Notes: generated from the letters alone by a model not told the origin. Shown: positions 23,031-31,177, counted from the first letter of the stretch. The stretch: DNA of 32,000 bases from Bifidobacterium longum subsp. longum JCM 1217 (GCF_000196555.1 NC_015067.1:1080001-1112000); one strand, 5' to 3'. A program made the numbers and translations.

Positions 23031-23098
23031 CGCGTATGCGTCCCCGTCCGTGACGCATACGCGCCCGTATGGCCGGAAATCGGTGGAATTCCGGCCAT
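23031..23098. promoter_or_regulatory. two adjacent inverted repeats in the leader of the 22983 gene
   Basis: CGCGTATGCGTC-N9-GACGCATACGCG (23031-23063) has perfect 12-bp arms and contains the recurrent motif. ATGGCCGGAA-N10-TTCCGGCCAT (23069-23098) has perfect 10-bp arms. Confidence 0.6.
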
Positions 23099-23529
23099 CG
23101 TGCGATGCCAGGGCTAACGCCGACGAAGCGCGAACCAGGCGGCGGCGAAAACCGCGCAAGACCTGGAGCGGACGGCCGCGGGACCGTCCTGCAAACTAGG
23201 GCAAACCAGCCTGCAACGGCGCTCCCACCGGCCGTCCGCGCCTCTTTCCCGCTTCCCGCGTGTATCGGATGATGGGGGGCGGGGGCGAGCAGGCCCGCCG
23301 CCAGGACGATGAGCCCGATCCCGATCCCCATGGGCCGGGGTATGGGCGTGATCGCGAGGAACACGCCCCACATGATCCACCACATGGGCGTGATCGCGAG
23401 CATGAGGGTCCTGCATCGTCTCAGGACGCGCACGTCCGGGTCGGCGCGCCGCATGCGCCGCCGGCGTCGCGTGCCGCCGCTCACCCGCACCGGCCTCAAG
23501 GTCCTCGTCCTGTCGTCCATGCGCGCCGC

Positions 23530-24594
23530 CTATGCGCCCGTCAAGGACGGGCCGGTGGAGAACAGGGGGATCGTCGCGTCGAGCCAGGGGCTGAGCCACG
23601 CCCATTCGGCGAACAGGATCATGGTCCAGAACAGGATGAAGAGGATGATCCGCAATGGGACGGGTCCCGTCTGGAGACGCCAGGCGAGGGTCAGCGGATT
23701 CCATGTCGGTTCGCGCCGGGGCCTGCCCCCATGCCATATGAGCCATGCGAGGCCGGCGAGCAGGAGCCAGGCGCCGCCCGCGGCGGCGGCGAGGACGCGG
23801 CTGACGGGCATGCGCACGCTTATGCGGCGTATGACGCGACTGGCCGCCATGCGCGCCCTGACGGCGGGTCTCGAGGTCCCGTCGGCGAGTTCGGCGGGGA
23901 TCCCGTCCCCCACGTCCGACCATGATTCGAGGCGGCCTCGTATGATGAGGCGCGCGGACAGGCTGTCGGCCTCGTCGAGCGACCATTTGCAGGTGGTGAG
24001 CGTGATCGAGCGGGTGTCCCCCTGACCGGGCTGGTCGGCGACGACCGCGACGTCGTCGGGCGTGGTCATCCAGGATGACTGCACCTTGTACACGTACCAG
24101 TGCCGGGCGGTCTGGATGACGATCGGGTCGCCGGGCCGCAACGTGTCGGCGGCCCCCAGGTCGCCGGGCGTGCGGTGTCCCGCGTACGCGCTGTTGCCTT
24201 TCCCGCCGGGCATGGGCGTGTGCCCGTAGTGGCCTATCCCCTGGTTGGCGAGCACGTCCGTGCCGGTGCCTTCCTGGATGGCGCGTTTCCAGTCGTGGCC
24301 GAACCGGGGTATCCACATCCAGCCGATGACGGCGCCGTGGCCGGGTTCGGTTTCGGCCGGCGGGTCGCCGCCCCGGGGTTCGGCGATCCGGGTCGCGTCG
24401 CCCGCATCCACGTCCTTGACGCCGTGGCGGACGGCGAGGGTCTGCTGCGTGTGGATGCCGTCGAACGCGTCCCCCCACCACACCCAGCCGACGTGGAACA
24501 CGCACAGGATGGCGAGCGTGAGGCTCAGCCCGGACACGAATTGGAGGATGCGCCGTCCCGTGCGGGCGCGTGGGCGCGTGTGCCGGCCGGTCAA
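23530..24594 (-). CDS. sortase-family transpeptidase with an extra C-terminal membrane domain
   Basis: 354 aa. N-terminal basic segment plus TM helix. SAYAGHRT (catalytic His), TLTTC (catalytic Cys) and LIIRGRL (Arg). About 110 additional C-terminal residues with 2-3 hydrophobic helices. TTG start in a TTGA overlap. Confidence 0.8.
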   Translation of the reverse strand: MTGRHTRPRARTGRRILQFVSGLSLTLAILCVFHVGWVWWGDAFDGIHTQQTLAVRHGVKDVDAGDATRIAEPRGGDPPAETEPGHGAVIGWMWIPRFGHDWKRAIQEGTGTDVLANQGIGHYGHTPMPGGKGNSAYAGHRTPGDLGAADTLRPGDPIVIQTARHWYVYKVQSSWMTTPDDVAVVADQPGQGDTRSITLTTCKWSLDEADSLSARLIIRGRLESWSDVGDGIPAELADGTSRPAVRARMAASRVIRRISVRMPVSRVLAAAAGGAWLLLAGLAWLIWHGGRPRREPTWNPLTLAWRLQTGPVPLRIILFILFWTMILFAEWAWLSPWLDATIPLFSTGPSLTGA

Positions 24595-24932
24595 CGCCCT
24601 TCCCCGTCCCCATGGCGTCCGAGGGTTCGTGTGACCGCGTCGAGGATGACGAGGTCCGCATATCCGGGCGTGTCGGGGAAGGGGAACATGGCCTTGTAGA
24701 CGAGGTCGGGCCGGACGACGAGGTTCCTGGCGGCGAGCCCGTCGAGGACGAGTCTGACGATCTCGCGGAACGCGGGCATCGTGTCCTCGGGGTCGAGGGG
24801 GATCATGATCCCGTTCGCCGCGTCGTATTCGCGTGCCAGCTGTTCGCGCAATCGTAGGATCTGCGGGTCGTGGCTGACGTAGTCCCAGTTCACGGCGTGC
24901 GTGTATTTGTCCCTGACCGGATCGTCGCCCAT
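24591..24932 (-). CDS. hypothetical protein (113 aa)
   Basis: ATG 24932 preceded by GGGAAGGGGAGG. Ordinary composition (MGDDPVRDKYTHAVNWDYVSHDPQILRLREQ...). Confidence 0.6.
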   Translation of the reverse strand: MGDDPVRDKYTHAVNWDYVSHDPQILRLREQLAREYDAANGIMIPLDPEDTMPAFREIVRLVLDGLAARNLVVRPDLVYKAMFPFPDTPGYADLVILDAVTRTLGRHGDGEGR

Positions 24933-25230
24933 GGGCGGCCTCCCCTTCCCTTGTCCCGTGTCCGGCGCGGCCCGGCGGGCGCGTCGGATGCTTTCGCGTG
25001 AGGGTATGCGTTCCGGTGCGTGGGGTCTGGCCGGGGTGTCGTGTGGCGTTTTTCGACCGGGTTGACGAGGCTGATGTCCCCGCGACGCGGGTGGACGATG
25101 ATCTTCGTGAACTCGCGTACCGACTTCGGCGTGATGCCGGTGAAAATGATGAAGCCCACCTTGGCCGAGGTTTTCGATTAGCCGTGTTCCGGACCGTCCG
25201 GTTCTCCCCCGATGCGATTCGTGCGGCGGT

Positions 25231-25785
25231 TCACTGCTTGTGCGTCTTCCGGCACAGATCGAGCATGGGGCGCAGGTCCGGGCTGCCGCCCTCGCGTTCG
25301 ATCCGCACCGTATGCGCGGCCAATGGCAGCAGCCGTTCCAGGTTCGAATCCATGGTCTTACGATTCAGGACACTGTCCCAATCGGTGGTGATGCGGCGGA
25401 ACGCATTTTGGAATTGCTCCACCACGACGAACCTGTCGACATCGGAACCATACACGATCTCCGGTGTTTCCGGCATGCGCCCCGAAGCGAGCTCATAGTC
25501 CCCCGCCTGTCCGTCAAGCAGTCGGGCGAGGACGATGGCGTTGTCTTCGAACCTGTCCGCCGGCAGGCCGAGCGCCCGCATCCCGTTCGTCGCCCACTCA
25601 TGGTCGACGGAGGGGAGGCGCCATGGGCAGCCGCCTCCGTTCAGATGGAACTCGTACCCGTATACGTCCTTCAGGACCTTCGCGGCGGTCTCCCGAGGAT
25701 GGTCCTTTTGCATCCGATGCCATGCGCGTAAGGCTTCGCACAGCATCGCGTAACAGCCGTTCAGCTCCTCGTCACGGACGCCCAT
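25231..25785 (-). CDS. hypothetical protein (184 aa)
   Basis: ATG 25785 (MGVRDEELNGCYAMLCEALRAWHR...) preceded by GGGAGGGGG + 7 nt. The ORF is open to 25827. Confidence 0.6.
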   Translation of the reverse strand: MGVRDEELNGCYAMLCEALRAWHRMQKDHPRETAAKVLKDVYGYEFHLNGGGCPWRLPSVDHEWATNGMRALGLPADRFEDNAIVLARLLDGQAGDYELASGRMPETPEIVYGSDVDRFVVVEQFQNAFRRITTDWDSVLNRKTMDSNLERLLPLAAHTVRIEREGGSPDLRPMLDLCRKTHKQ

Positions 25786-26212
25786 CGACGGTCCCCCTCC
25801 CGTCGGATCCGGCATTCCCGCCGGCAACCAACCTGATTATCGTATCGGCCGTTTGCGCGGATTCGAGCAGCGTCTCCTCGCAATCCGCGAACTCCTCCAG
25901 CCGCTCCCAGAACATGTCCAGTTCCGGATCCGGGGCGGGTTCCGGATCGTATTCGAGATCGATGCCCTGTTCGTCGGCCGCCCGCCTCTTGCATCCCTCG
26001 AACCATTCCGTCTCCGAGGCCCACAATTCGTAGGCGAGCCGTCGAGCATCCCTGGCCGCCTTCGCGTAGGCGGCCAGGGCCTTCGCCAGTTCGGCGCGCT
26101 TGCGCCTGCTTGGTTTGAACAGCCGGTCGACCCTGTCCGCGAACCGGCGCCACTTCAGCTGGTCTTCGAGGGAATCGTCGTCGGGAATGCCGGACATATC
26201 CAGGGCGCTCAC
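25772..26212 (-). CDS. hypothetical acidic, helical protein (146 aa)
   Basis: GTG 26212 in a GTGA overlap; alternative ATG at 26197. Composition is charged and helical (RRKRAELAKALAAYAKAARDARRLAYELW...). Confidence 0.55.
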   Translation of the reverse strand: MSALDMSGIPDDDSLEDQLKWRRFADRVDRLFKPSRRKRAELAKALAAYAKAARDARRLAYELWASETEWFEGCKRRAADEQGIDLEYDPEPAPDPELDMFWERLEEFADCEETLLESAQTADTIIRLVAGGNAGSDGRGTVDGRP

Positions 26213-26475
26213 TTTTTCTCCGATCGTCCGGCCGCGTCGATACTCCGTCCGAGACGGCGGATGTCATCCCGGATGTCGACCGACGCCAGCGAGAAAGCGG
26301 CGACCGGTCCGCCGGATACGGAGACCACGTGCAACCCGGACGGGAGCCACGGGACGCCGAACTCCAGCCGGGCGCAGACGAACGCCGACAATGCCGCGGT
26401 CAGGGTAATGATGAACGCGATCGCGCCGACAGTCAGCAGACGGCTCGATTTGATGAAACGTATGAAACCATGCAT
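26209..26475 (-). CDS. small single-pass membrane protein (88 aa)
   Basis: ATG 26475 preceded by GGAAGGAAGGAA. TM helix LLTVGAIAFIITLTAALSAFV. Confidence 0.55.
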   Translation of the reverse strand: MHGFIRFIKSSRLLTVGAIAFIITLTAALSAFVCARLEFGVPWLPSGLHVVSVSGGPVAAFSLASVDIRDDIRRLGRSIDAAGRSEKK

Positions 26476-26493
26476 GATTCCTTCCTTCCCCTC

Positions 26494-27297
26494 TTACCAG
26501 CTGCCGGATGCCCCGCCGCCGCCGGATGAGCCGCCGCCGAACGAGGAACCACCGTCTGAAGAGCTTCCTCCGGACCAGCCGCCAGAAGAGGAGCCGAGCG
26601 AAGACCACCCGTCATCGGAGGATGAAAGCGACGATGGATGGCCGCCCGATCTGATGAAATCACGGCACACGAGAATGCAGCTTCCGAGAAAGAACACGAT
26701 GAGCATGACGGCGATCGTGATGCCACCGGCCTGTTCCTTCTTCCGTTGCGCCGTCAGGTATTTCGTGGGGGAACCGTCCTCGATACTGGTTTCGATGCCG
26801 TCCACCACCTTGTTGACCCCCTTGCTCCAGTCGCCGTCCTTGTAATCGGAGTGGGCCGTATCGATGATGTCGGCCGCATCCGCATCCGGAATCACGGATT
26901 CGAGCCCGTATCCGACCTCGAGACGATCCTTGCGATCTTCGACGGACAGCAGGTAGAGGAGTCCCGTGTCCTTGCCCTTCTCTCCCGGCTTGTATTTGTC
27001 GAACAGTTCGGTCGCCTTGTTCTCGATGCTGTCCCCGTCCAATGATTTCAGGGTGACGACCAGCAGCTGGGGTTTGTCCTTGCGTGACTCCCATGATTTG
27101 TTCAGGCCGTAGATCCGTTGTTCCGTGGCCTTGTCGAGCACGTCGCCGATGTCCTTGACGAAGATGTTGCCGGCCGGATCATCCGGCGGCACATACGTGC
27201 CCGACCTGTCGGAGGCCGCGACGGAACCGCAGCCCGCCAACAGGAGCAGTCCGGCGATGATGCCGGTCATCGCATGGCGTATCGTGCCCCTATTCAA
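26494..27297 (-). CDS. TPM-domain (YgcG-like) lipoprotein with C-terminal TM helix and Gly/Ser tail
   Basis: Lipobox LLLLAGCGS after a basic n-region. TPM pattern: FVKDIGDVLD...KPQLLVVTLKSLDG...KDTGLLYLLSVEDRKDRLEVGYGLE. TM helix ITIAVMLIVFFLGSCILV. Tail GGGSSGGGGASGSW. TTG start overlapping the lemA stop. Confidence 0.85.
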   Translation of the reverse strand: MNRGTIRHAMTGIIAGLLLLAGCGSVAASDRSGTYVPPDDPAGNIFVKDIGDVLDKATEQRIYGLNKSWESRKDKPQLLVVTLKSLDGDSIENKATELFDKYKPGEKGKDTGLLYLLSVEDRKDRLEVGYGLESVIPDADAADIIDTAHSDYKDGDWSKGVNKVVDGIETSIEDGSPTKYLTAQRKKEQAGGITIAVMLIVFFLGSCILVCRDFIRSGGHPSSLSSSDDGWSSLGSSSGGWSGGSSSDGGSSFGGGSSGGGGASGSW

Positions 27298-27871
27298 GAT
27301 TCACCTCCGGAACCTCATCGGAGCCGGCCGGAGCCTCATACTGCTGCAGCTTCTGGAAACCGAACATGCCGGCCACCAGATTCGCGGGGAACGACGTGAC
27401 CTGGCGGTTGTACGCGTTCACCTGGTCGATGTACCGTTTGCGTTCCACGCTGATACGGTTCTCCGAACCCTCCAGCTGGGTCATCAGTGTCTTCACGTTC
27501 TTGTTGGATTCCAGCTGTGGATAGTTCTCGTGGATCGCGTTCACCAGGATCGAGGTCTGTTCGCCCAGCTTCCGGTCGGCGGCGAGCTTGTCGTTCGGGT
27601 CGGTCGCGGCGGCGTATGCCTTGCGTGCGTCGGCGATGGCGCCGAACACCTTCTGCTCCTGTTTCATGCTGCCTTTGACCGCGTTGGTCAGGTTGGGGAT
27701 GAGGTCGTGCCGGCGTTGCATCACGTTCTCCACCTGCGCCCATTTCGCGTCAACGTCGAGTTTGGCGGTGTTCAGCCCGTTGTATGTGCCGCCGAGAATC
27801 ATCGCGATGATGAGCACGATGGCGACGATGATGCCCGCCGGCATCCACTTCTTCAGAGTCTTGTTATCCAT
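27290..27871 (-). CDS. lemA: LemA-family membrane protein
   Basis: N-terminal TM helix. Carries YNGLNTAKLDVDAKWAQVENVMQRRHDLIPNL and YPQLESNKNVKTLMTQLEGSENRISVERKRYIDQVNAYN, both LemA signatures. ATG 27871; the ORF is open to 27949. Confidence 0.9.
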   Translation of the reverse strand: MDNKTLKKWMPAGIIVAIVLIIAMILGGTYNGLNTAKLDVDAKWAQVENVMQRRHDLIPNLTNAVKGSMKQEQKVFGAIADARKAYAAATDPNDKLAADRKLGEQTSILVNAIHENYPQLESNKNVKTLMTQLEGSENRISVERKRYIDQVNAYNRQVTSFPANLVAGMFGFQKLQQYEAPAGSDEVPEVNLE

Positions 27872-27891
27872 TTTTTCTTCTTCGTGTCTGT

Positions 27892-28458
27892 TTAGAGGTA
27901 TTCGTATCTGATCGGCGCCAGTACTCCGTTGCGCGCCAATGCCTCGCACAGCATGTCGTATGTGAGGAACCGTTCCCGCTCATGGAGAATGCTCGGCGGC
28001 TCGTCGTACTGGACGTGCGAGCATCCGCTCCAGCAGCCGTGCAGATGCCAGTCCAACGCGGTGAACCAGCGGCCGCACGAGCATTGGGCTTTGAACGGAC
28101 GCTCCGGATCCGTGGCGCCCGTATCCCGGTGCAGGATGAACGTGGAGAGCTCCCTGGACGGAACGGATTCGCGTCGGACATGCGCACTTGACGTCTTCGT
28201 CACCGTTCGTTCCAACTGGTCTTCCTCCATCACCAGAATCGCGCCGCCGAACAGTTGGCTTCCGATAAACGAGCAGATCACGAACGCGGCAACCAGAACG
28301 GCAAAAGGGGTTCCCGTCAGGGGGACACAGGCGCCGAACGCCAGTGTCCCCACTGCAATCAGCATCAGAACCGCCCCGGCCTGCGCGAACCGTATGGCAT
28401 GGGCTGTGTTCCGTTCGATGAGTCCGATGACGGAATCCGGGAAAAAGATGTTCCTCAT
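27892..28458 (-). CDS. hypothetical membrane protein with a C-terminal Cys/His-rich domain (188 aa)
   Basis: ATG 28458 preceded by GAAGGAGGAAATC. Two hydrophobic helices. C-terminus reads KAQCSCGRWFTALDWHLHGCWSGCSH. Confidence 0.6.
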   Translation of the reverse strand: MRNIFFPDSVIGLIERNTAHAIRFAQAGAVLMLIAVGTLAFGACVPLTGTPFAVLVAAFVICSFIGSQLFGGAILVMEEDQLERTVTKTSSAHVRRESVPSRELSTFILHRDTGATDPERPFKAQCSCGRWFTALDWHLHGCWSGCSHVQYDEPPSILHERERFLTYDMLCEALARNGVLAPIRYEYL

Positions 28459-28469
28459 GATTTCCTCCT

Positions 28470-28736
28470 TCACGCGTTCGTATGGTCGAGGATCCACCGG
28501 GCGACGCTTCGGGCGGTCTCCTCGGGCACGTCCACCTGCATGGAACCGTTGCCGGCCTCCATATAGAAGCGGATGAGCCCGTTGCCCGTGAGCCGGTCGA
28601 CTTCCAGCAGATTGTCGGCATCCTCGGCACGGCAGTATTCGCTTGTATCGTTCTTCGCCCGTTCGCGCAGATGTTCGGGCAGATATTGGTTGGCGAGAAT
28701 ATCGCGGCGTAGTTCGTCGCTGTCGGTGAATTCCAT
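28470..28736 (-). CDS. hypothetical acidic protein (88 aa)
   Basis: ATG ORF with ordinary composition (MEFTDSDELRRDILANQYLPEHLRERAKND...). Lies 3 nt after the upstream stop. Confidence 0.55.
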   Translation of the reverse strand: MEFTDSDELRRDILANQYLPEHLRERAKNDTSEYCRAEDADNLLEVDRLTGNGLIRFYMEAGNGSMQVDVPEETARSVARWILDHTNA

Positions 28737-28739
28737 CGG

Positions 28740-29270
28740 CTACCCTTTCGAATGTTTCGCGCCCGGCTTCCATACCGGTGTCCCTGGATTCACCGGGGAA
28801 ACAATCATCCCTTGGTTATCGCGCAGTTCGACGTTTGCCCCGTCGATGTCCAGCGTGCCTTCGACGCGCCGCCCGTTCCGCTTCCATGAAACCCGGTAGG
28901 ATCCTTTGATTCGGGGGAAACCGGACAACGGGTCCATATATCCGGGTTCGGCGATCGCGAGACCATCGAGATTCCACACGTCGCCCACATACTCGTCCAT
29001 GGTCTTCGGCTTCGGGCCTCGGGGGCTCCAGTTCTCGGCCGGGGACATGAGCGCGAGGGCGGCGAACGGCAGCAGCACCGATGCGCCGACGAGCCTGACC
29101 TCGTCCATCGTGAGATTAGGAAAGCCGTTCCGTGCCATCACCAGGCAATAGGCATACGCCATGAGCGGAATGTCCGCGAGAAAGGCATACCAACCGAGAG
29201 CATTCAGGACCCTCAACAGCAATGGCATCCGCGAATGGTCCACCGCCTGAGCGTATTCGACAAGCTCCAT
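28740..29270 (-). CDS. hypothetical membrane protein (176 aa)
   Basis: ATG 29270 preceded by GGAGG + 8 nt. The track ORF begins at an upstream TTG (29285). Has 2-3 hydrophobic helices, then a soluble C-terminal domain. Confidence 0.55.
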   Translation of the reverse strand: MELVEYAQAVDHSRMPLLLRVLNALGWYAFLADIPLMAYAYCLVMARNGFPNLTMDEVRLVGASVLLPFAALALMSPAENWSPRGPKPKTMDEYVGDVWNLDGLAIAEPGYMDPLSGFPRIKGSYRVSWKRNGRRVEGTLDIDGANVELRDNQGMIVSPVNPGTPVWKPGAKHSKG

Positions 29271-29487
29271 CAGCTGAACCTCCAATGCAGTTCGTGCTGG
29301 TTTCGCTGGCCGATGAGCCGTACCTTGACTTCGATTATCCTAGTTTCCATGTCTTGGGTTTTCTTCTCTACGAGATTGCTAATGCCGGATTTTCTTGTCA
29401 CCAGCTGCCGGTTGCTCCGCTGCCAGTGGATGTGCCTCCGCCGAATGATGAAGAGCTGTCGAAGGATGGTGATGGGCCCGTATAAGG

Positions 29488-30423
29488 CTAGGGGTCATCG
29501 TTGATGGAATCATTTTCGGAGGAACGATCGTGCTCCTGTCTGTCCGGTCTCGATGCAAGCGCGACGGCTTGGGTGAGGATTATCGCGTCCCGAGCATCGA
29601 ATCCACGAGAGGGTGCGGCTTCTGCAATATAGGATGGGTCAAGCGGTGCTCGGCCGGTGTCCGGCTCGGAATGGTCCCGCTGCGCGTTGTCTAGTTCGGA
29701 ATAATCCGTTTGTTCACTCTTGTCATCTGACTGCAATCCCCATATCAGCAAGAGCACCGAGCCGACCACAACAATCACCACGCCGAGAACCCCGGTCCAT
29801 GCCGGCATTGGTGCGGGGGTTGTAGCCGACGTTGATGCGGATGAAATCTCGGGCATGTCTTGCACTGTTGAAGCGATATTGTCCAGGACTTTGCTGATGC
29901 CGGCGTTCCAGTATGATTTCTTATAGTCCGCATGCCCGGAGTTGATGATGCTCTCGCACGTGGATTGGTTGAATGTCTGTCCAATCCCCGTGCCGACGGT
30001 TAGCCGGTCCTTATGGTCCTTGATGGACAGCAGGTATACGAGGCCTGTGTTCTTGCCTTTCATGCCGGGTTTGTACCGGTCGAACAGTTCCTTCGCCTTC
30101 CGTTCGATGGGCACACCATCCAAAGTGGAGACGGTGACGACGAGCAGCTGCGGCTTGTCCTCACGTGACTCCCACGACTTATTCAGGTCGTAAACATGTT
30201 TTTCAGTTTCAGCGCTGAGTACGTTCGCCTGATCCTGCACGAAGATATTGCCAGCAGAATCGTTCTTCGGAACATACGTATCATCGGTTGCGGCCAATGC
30301 CGGCATGGAAATGCCGGCCATGATGAACAGTGTGGCGATGGCCGCGATGATTCCGTTAACCAGTTTGCCCATCAGGTTTCCCCTCGATATGCCTCTTGTT
30401 CCAAAACCCGCAGAAAATCTCAT
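29488..30423 (-). CDS. TPM-domain protein, paralogue of 26494-27297, ending at an in-frame TAG before the conserved tail
   Basis: Signal-like N-terminus. FVQDQANVLS...KPQLLVVTVSTLDG...KNTGLVYLLSIKDHKDRLTVGTGIG resembles the first copy by eye. ATG 30423 in an ATGA overlap; alternative ATG 30372. In-frame continuation at 29487-29398 encodes ...SSFGGGTSTGSGATGSW. Confidence 0.8.
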   Translation of the reverse strand: MRFSAGFGTRGISRGNLMGKLVNGIIAAIATLFIMAGISMPALAATDDTYVPKNDSAGNIFVQDQANVLSAETEKHVYDLNKSWESREDKPQLLVVTVSTLDGVPIERKAKELFDRYKPGMKGKNTGLVYLLSIKDHKDRLTVGTGIGQTFNQSTCESIINSGHADYKKSYWNAGISKVLDNIASTVQDMPEISSASTSATTPAPMPAWTGVLGVVIVVVGSVLLLIWGLQSDDKSEQTDYSELDNAQRDHSEPDTGRAPLDPSYIAEAAPSRGFDARDAIILTQAVALASRPDRQEHDRSSENDSINDDP

Positions 30424-30923
30424 ATAGCCACCACCTGTGGTCTCTCGCGACTCGTGGATTCCCAGATTCCCATCCGAGCCCACGGCATGCCGGTGTATTT
30501 GGATGAAAATATGTCCAGTTCTGCCCATGCGGACCATTGCTCCCGGTCTGGAACCAGTTGGACGGACAGGATAATCGGGATACGGGCGTCACTCTCCCTT
30601 ACCGTCTCCATCAAAGCTGAATCGTCTTCAAGACCCGGATTCACATGGTCGATAATCAGAAAGGAATCCGGCTCTTCCAAGATGGACGTGGGATCGTTCA
30701 CCGGAATCACACCTTGCACGGGCTTGGTATAACCTCGATCCACATACCCGTCAAACATATAGACCCGTTGCCCCATTTCGTTGAGACCAGGTATCAGGGT
30801 GTGTGTCAGCCACCAGGTCTTGCCGCATCCCGCGCCACCCGTCACCAGTAGGTTCCCATCGGAAACCGGGTTCCATGTCGCAACGCCATCATCGACCAAT
30901 CCGATTGTGAGGCTTTTCACCAT
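30420..30923 (-). CDS. small P-loop NTPase (167 aa)
   Basis: Walker A is VTGGAGCGKT. Walker B-like is SFLIIDH. No further family assignment is possible by eye. Confidence 0.6.
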   Translation of the reverse strand: MVKSLTIGLVDDGVATWNPVSDGNLLVTGGAGCGKTWWLTHTLIPGLNEMGQRVYMFDGYVDRGYTKPVQGVIPVNDPTSILEEPDSFLIIDHVNPGLEDDSALMETVRESDARIPIILSVQLVPDREQWSAWAELDIFSSKYTGMPWARMGIWESTSRERPQVVAI

Positions 30924-31177
30924 GCGCAGCTCACCTCCATCCAGATAAGCCCGCGCCCGTCCACAATCGATTTGAACTCGTCTATCCGCCAGCGGAGCGC
31001 GGCCGAATCGACCTTGAATGATTCAAGCCCGCCGTCGCGCAACGATTCGAACAACGCGTCGGCCTCGGCCCGGGTTCCGAACGGTTCCGGCCATGCGACC
31101 CATCGGCCGGGATAATCGGCTAGCCGGCGGGCCAGCTCCTCGTATCGCCTATCGTCCATCGGTCTTCTTCTTGTCAT
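30917..31177 (-). CDS. hypothetical protein (86 aa; 80 aa if started at ATG 31159)
   Basis: ORF overlapping both neighbours by a few nt. Ordinary composition (DDRRYEELARRLADYPGRWVAWPEPFG...). Confidence 0.5.
   Translation of the reverse strand: MTRRRPMDDRRYEELARRLADYPGRWVAWPEPFGTRAEADALFESLRDGGLESFKVDSAALRWRIDEFKSIVDGRGLIWMEVSCAW

Noticed and set aside
23114-24661. 515-aa minus-strand ORF
   Set aside because: It is extremely Arg/Pro/His-rich and lies out of frame over the sortase gene, which has clear catalytic motifs.
24890-25159. 89-aa minus-strand ORF in the 300-bp gap between 25231 and 24932 (VGFIIFTGITPKSVREFTKIIVHPRRG..., faintly HTH-like)
   Set aside because: It has a GTG start without an RBS. 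Its second half is low-complexity, overlaps the next gene's RBS and start, and contains the regulatory motif variant. It may be a gene remnant, but there is not enough support to call it.
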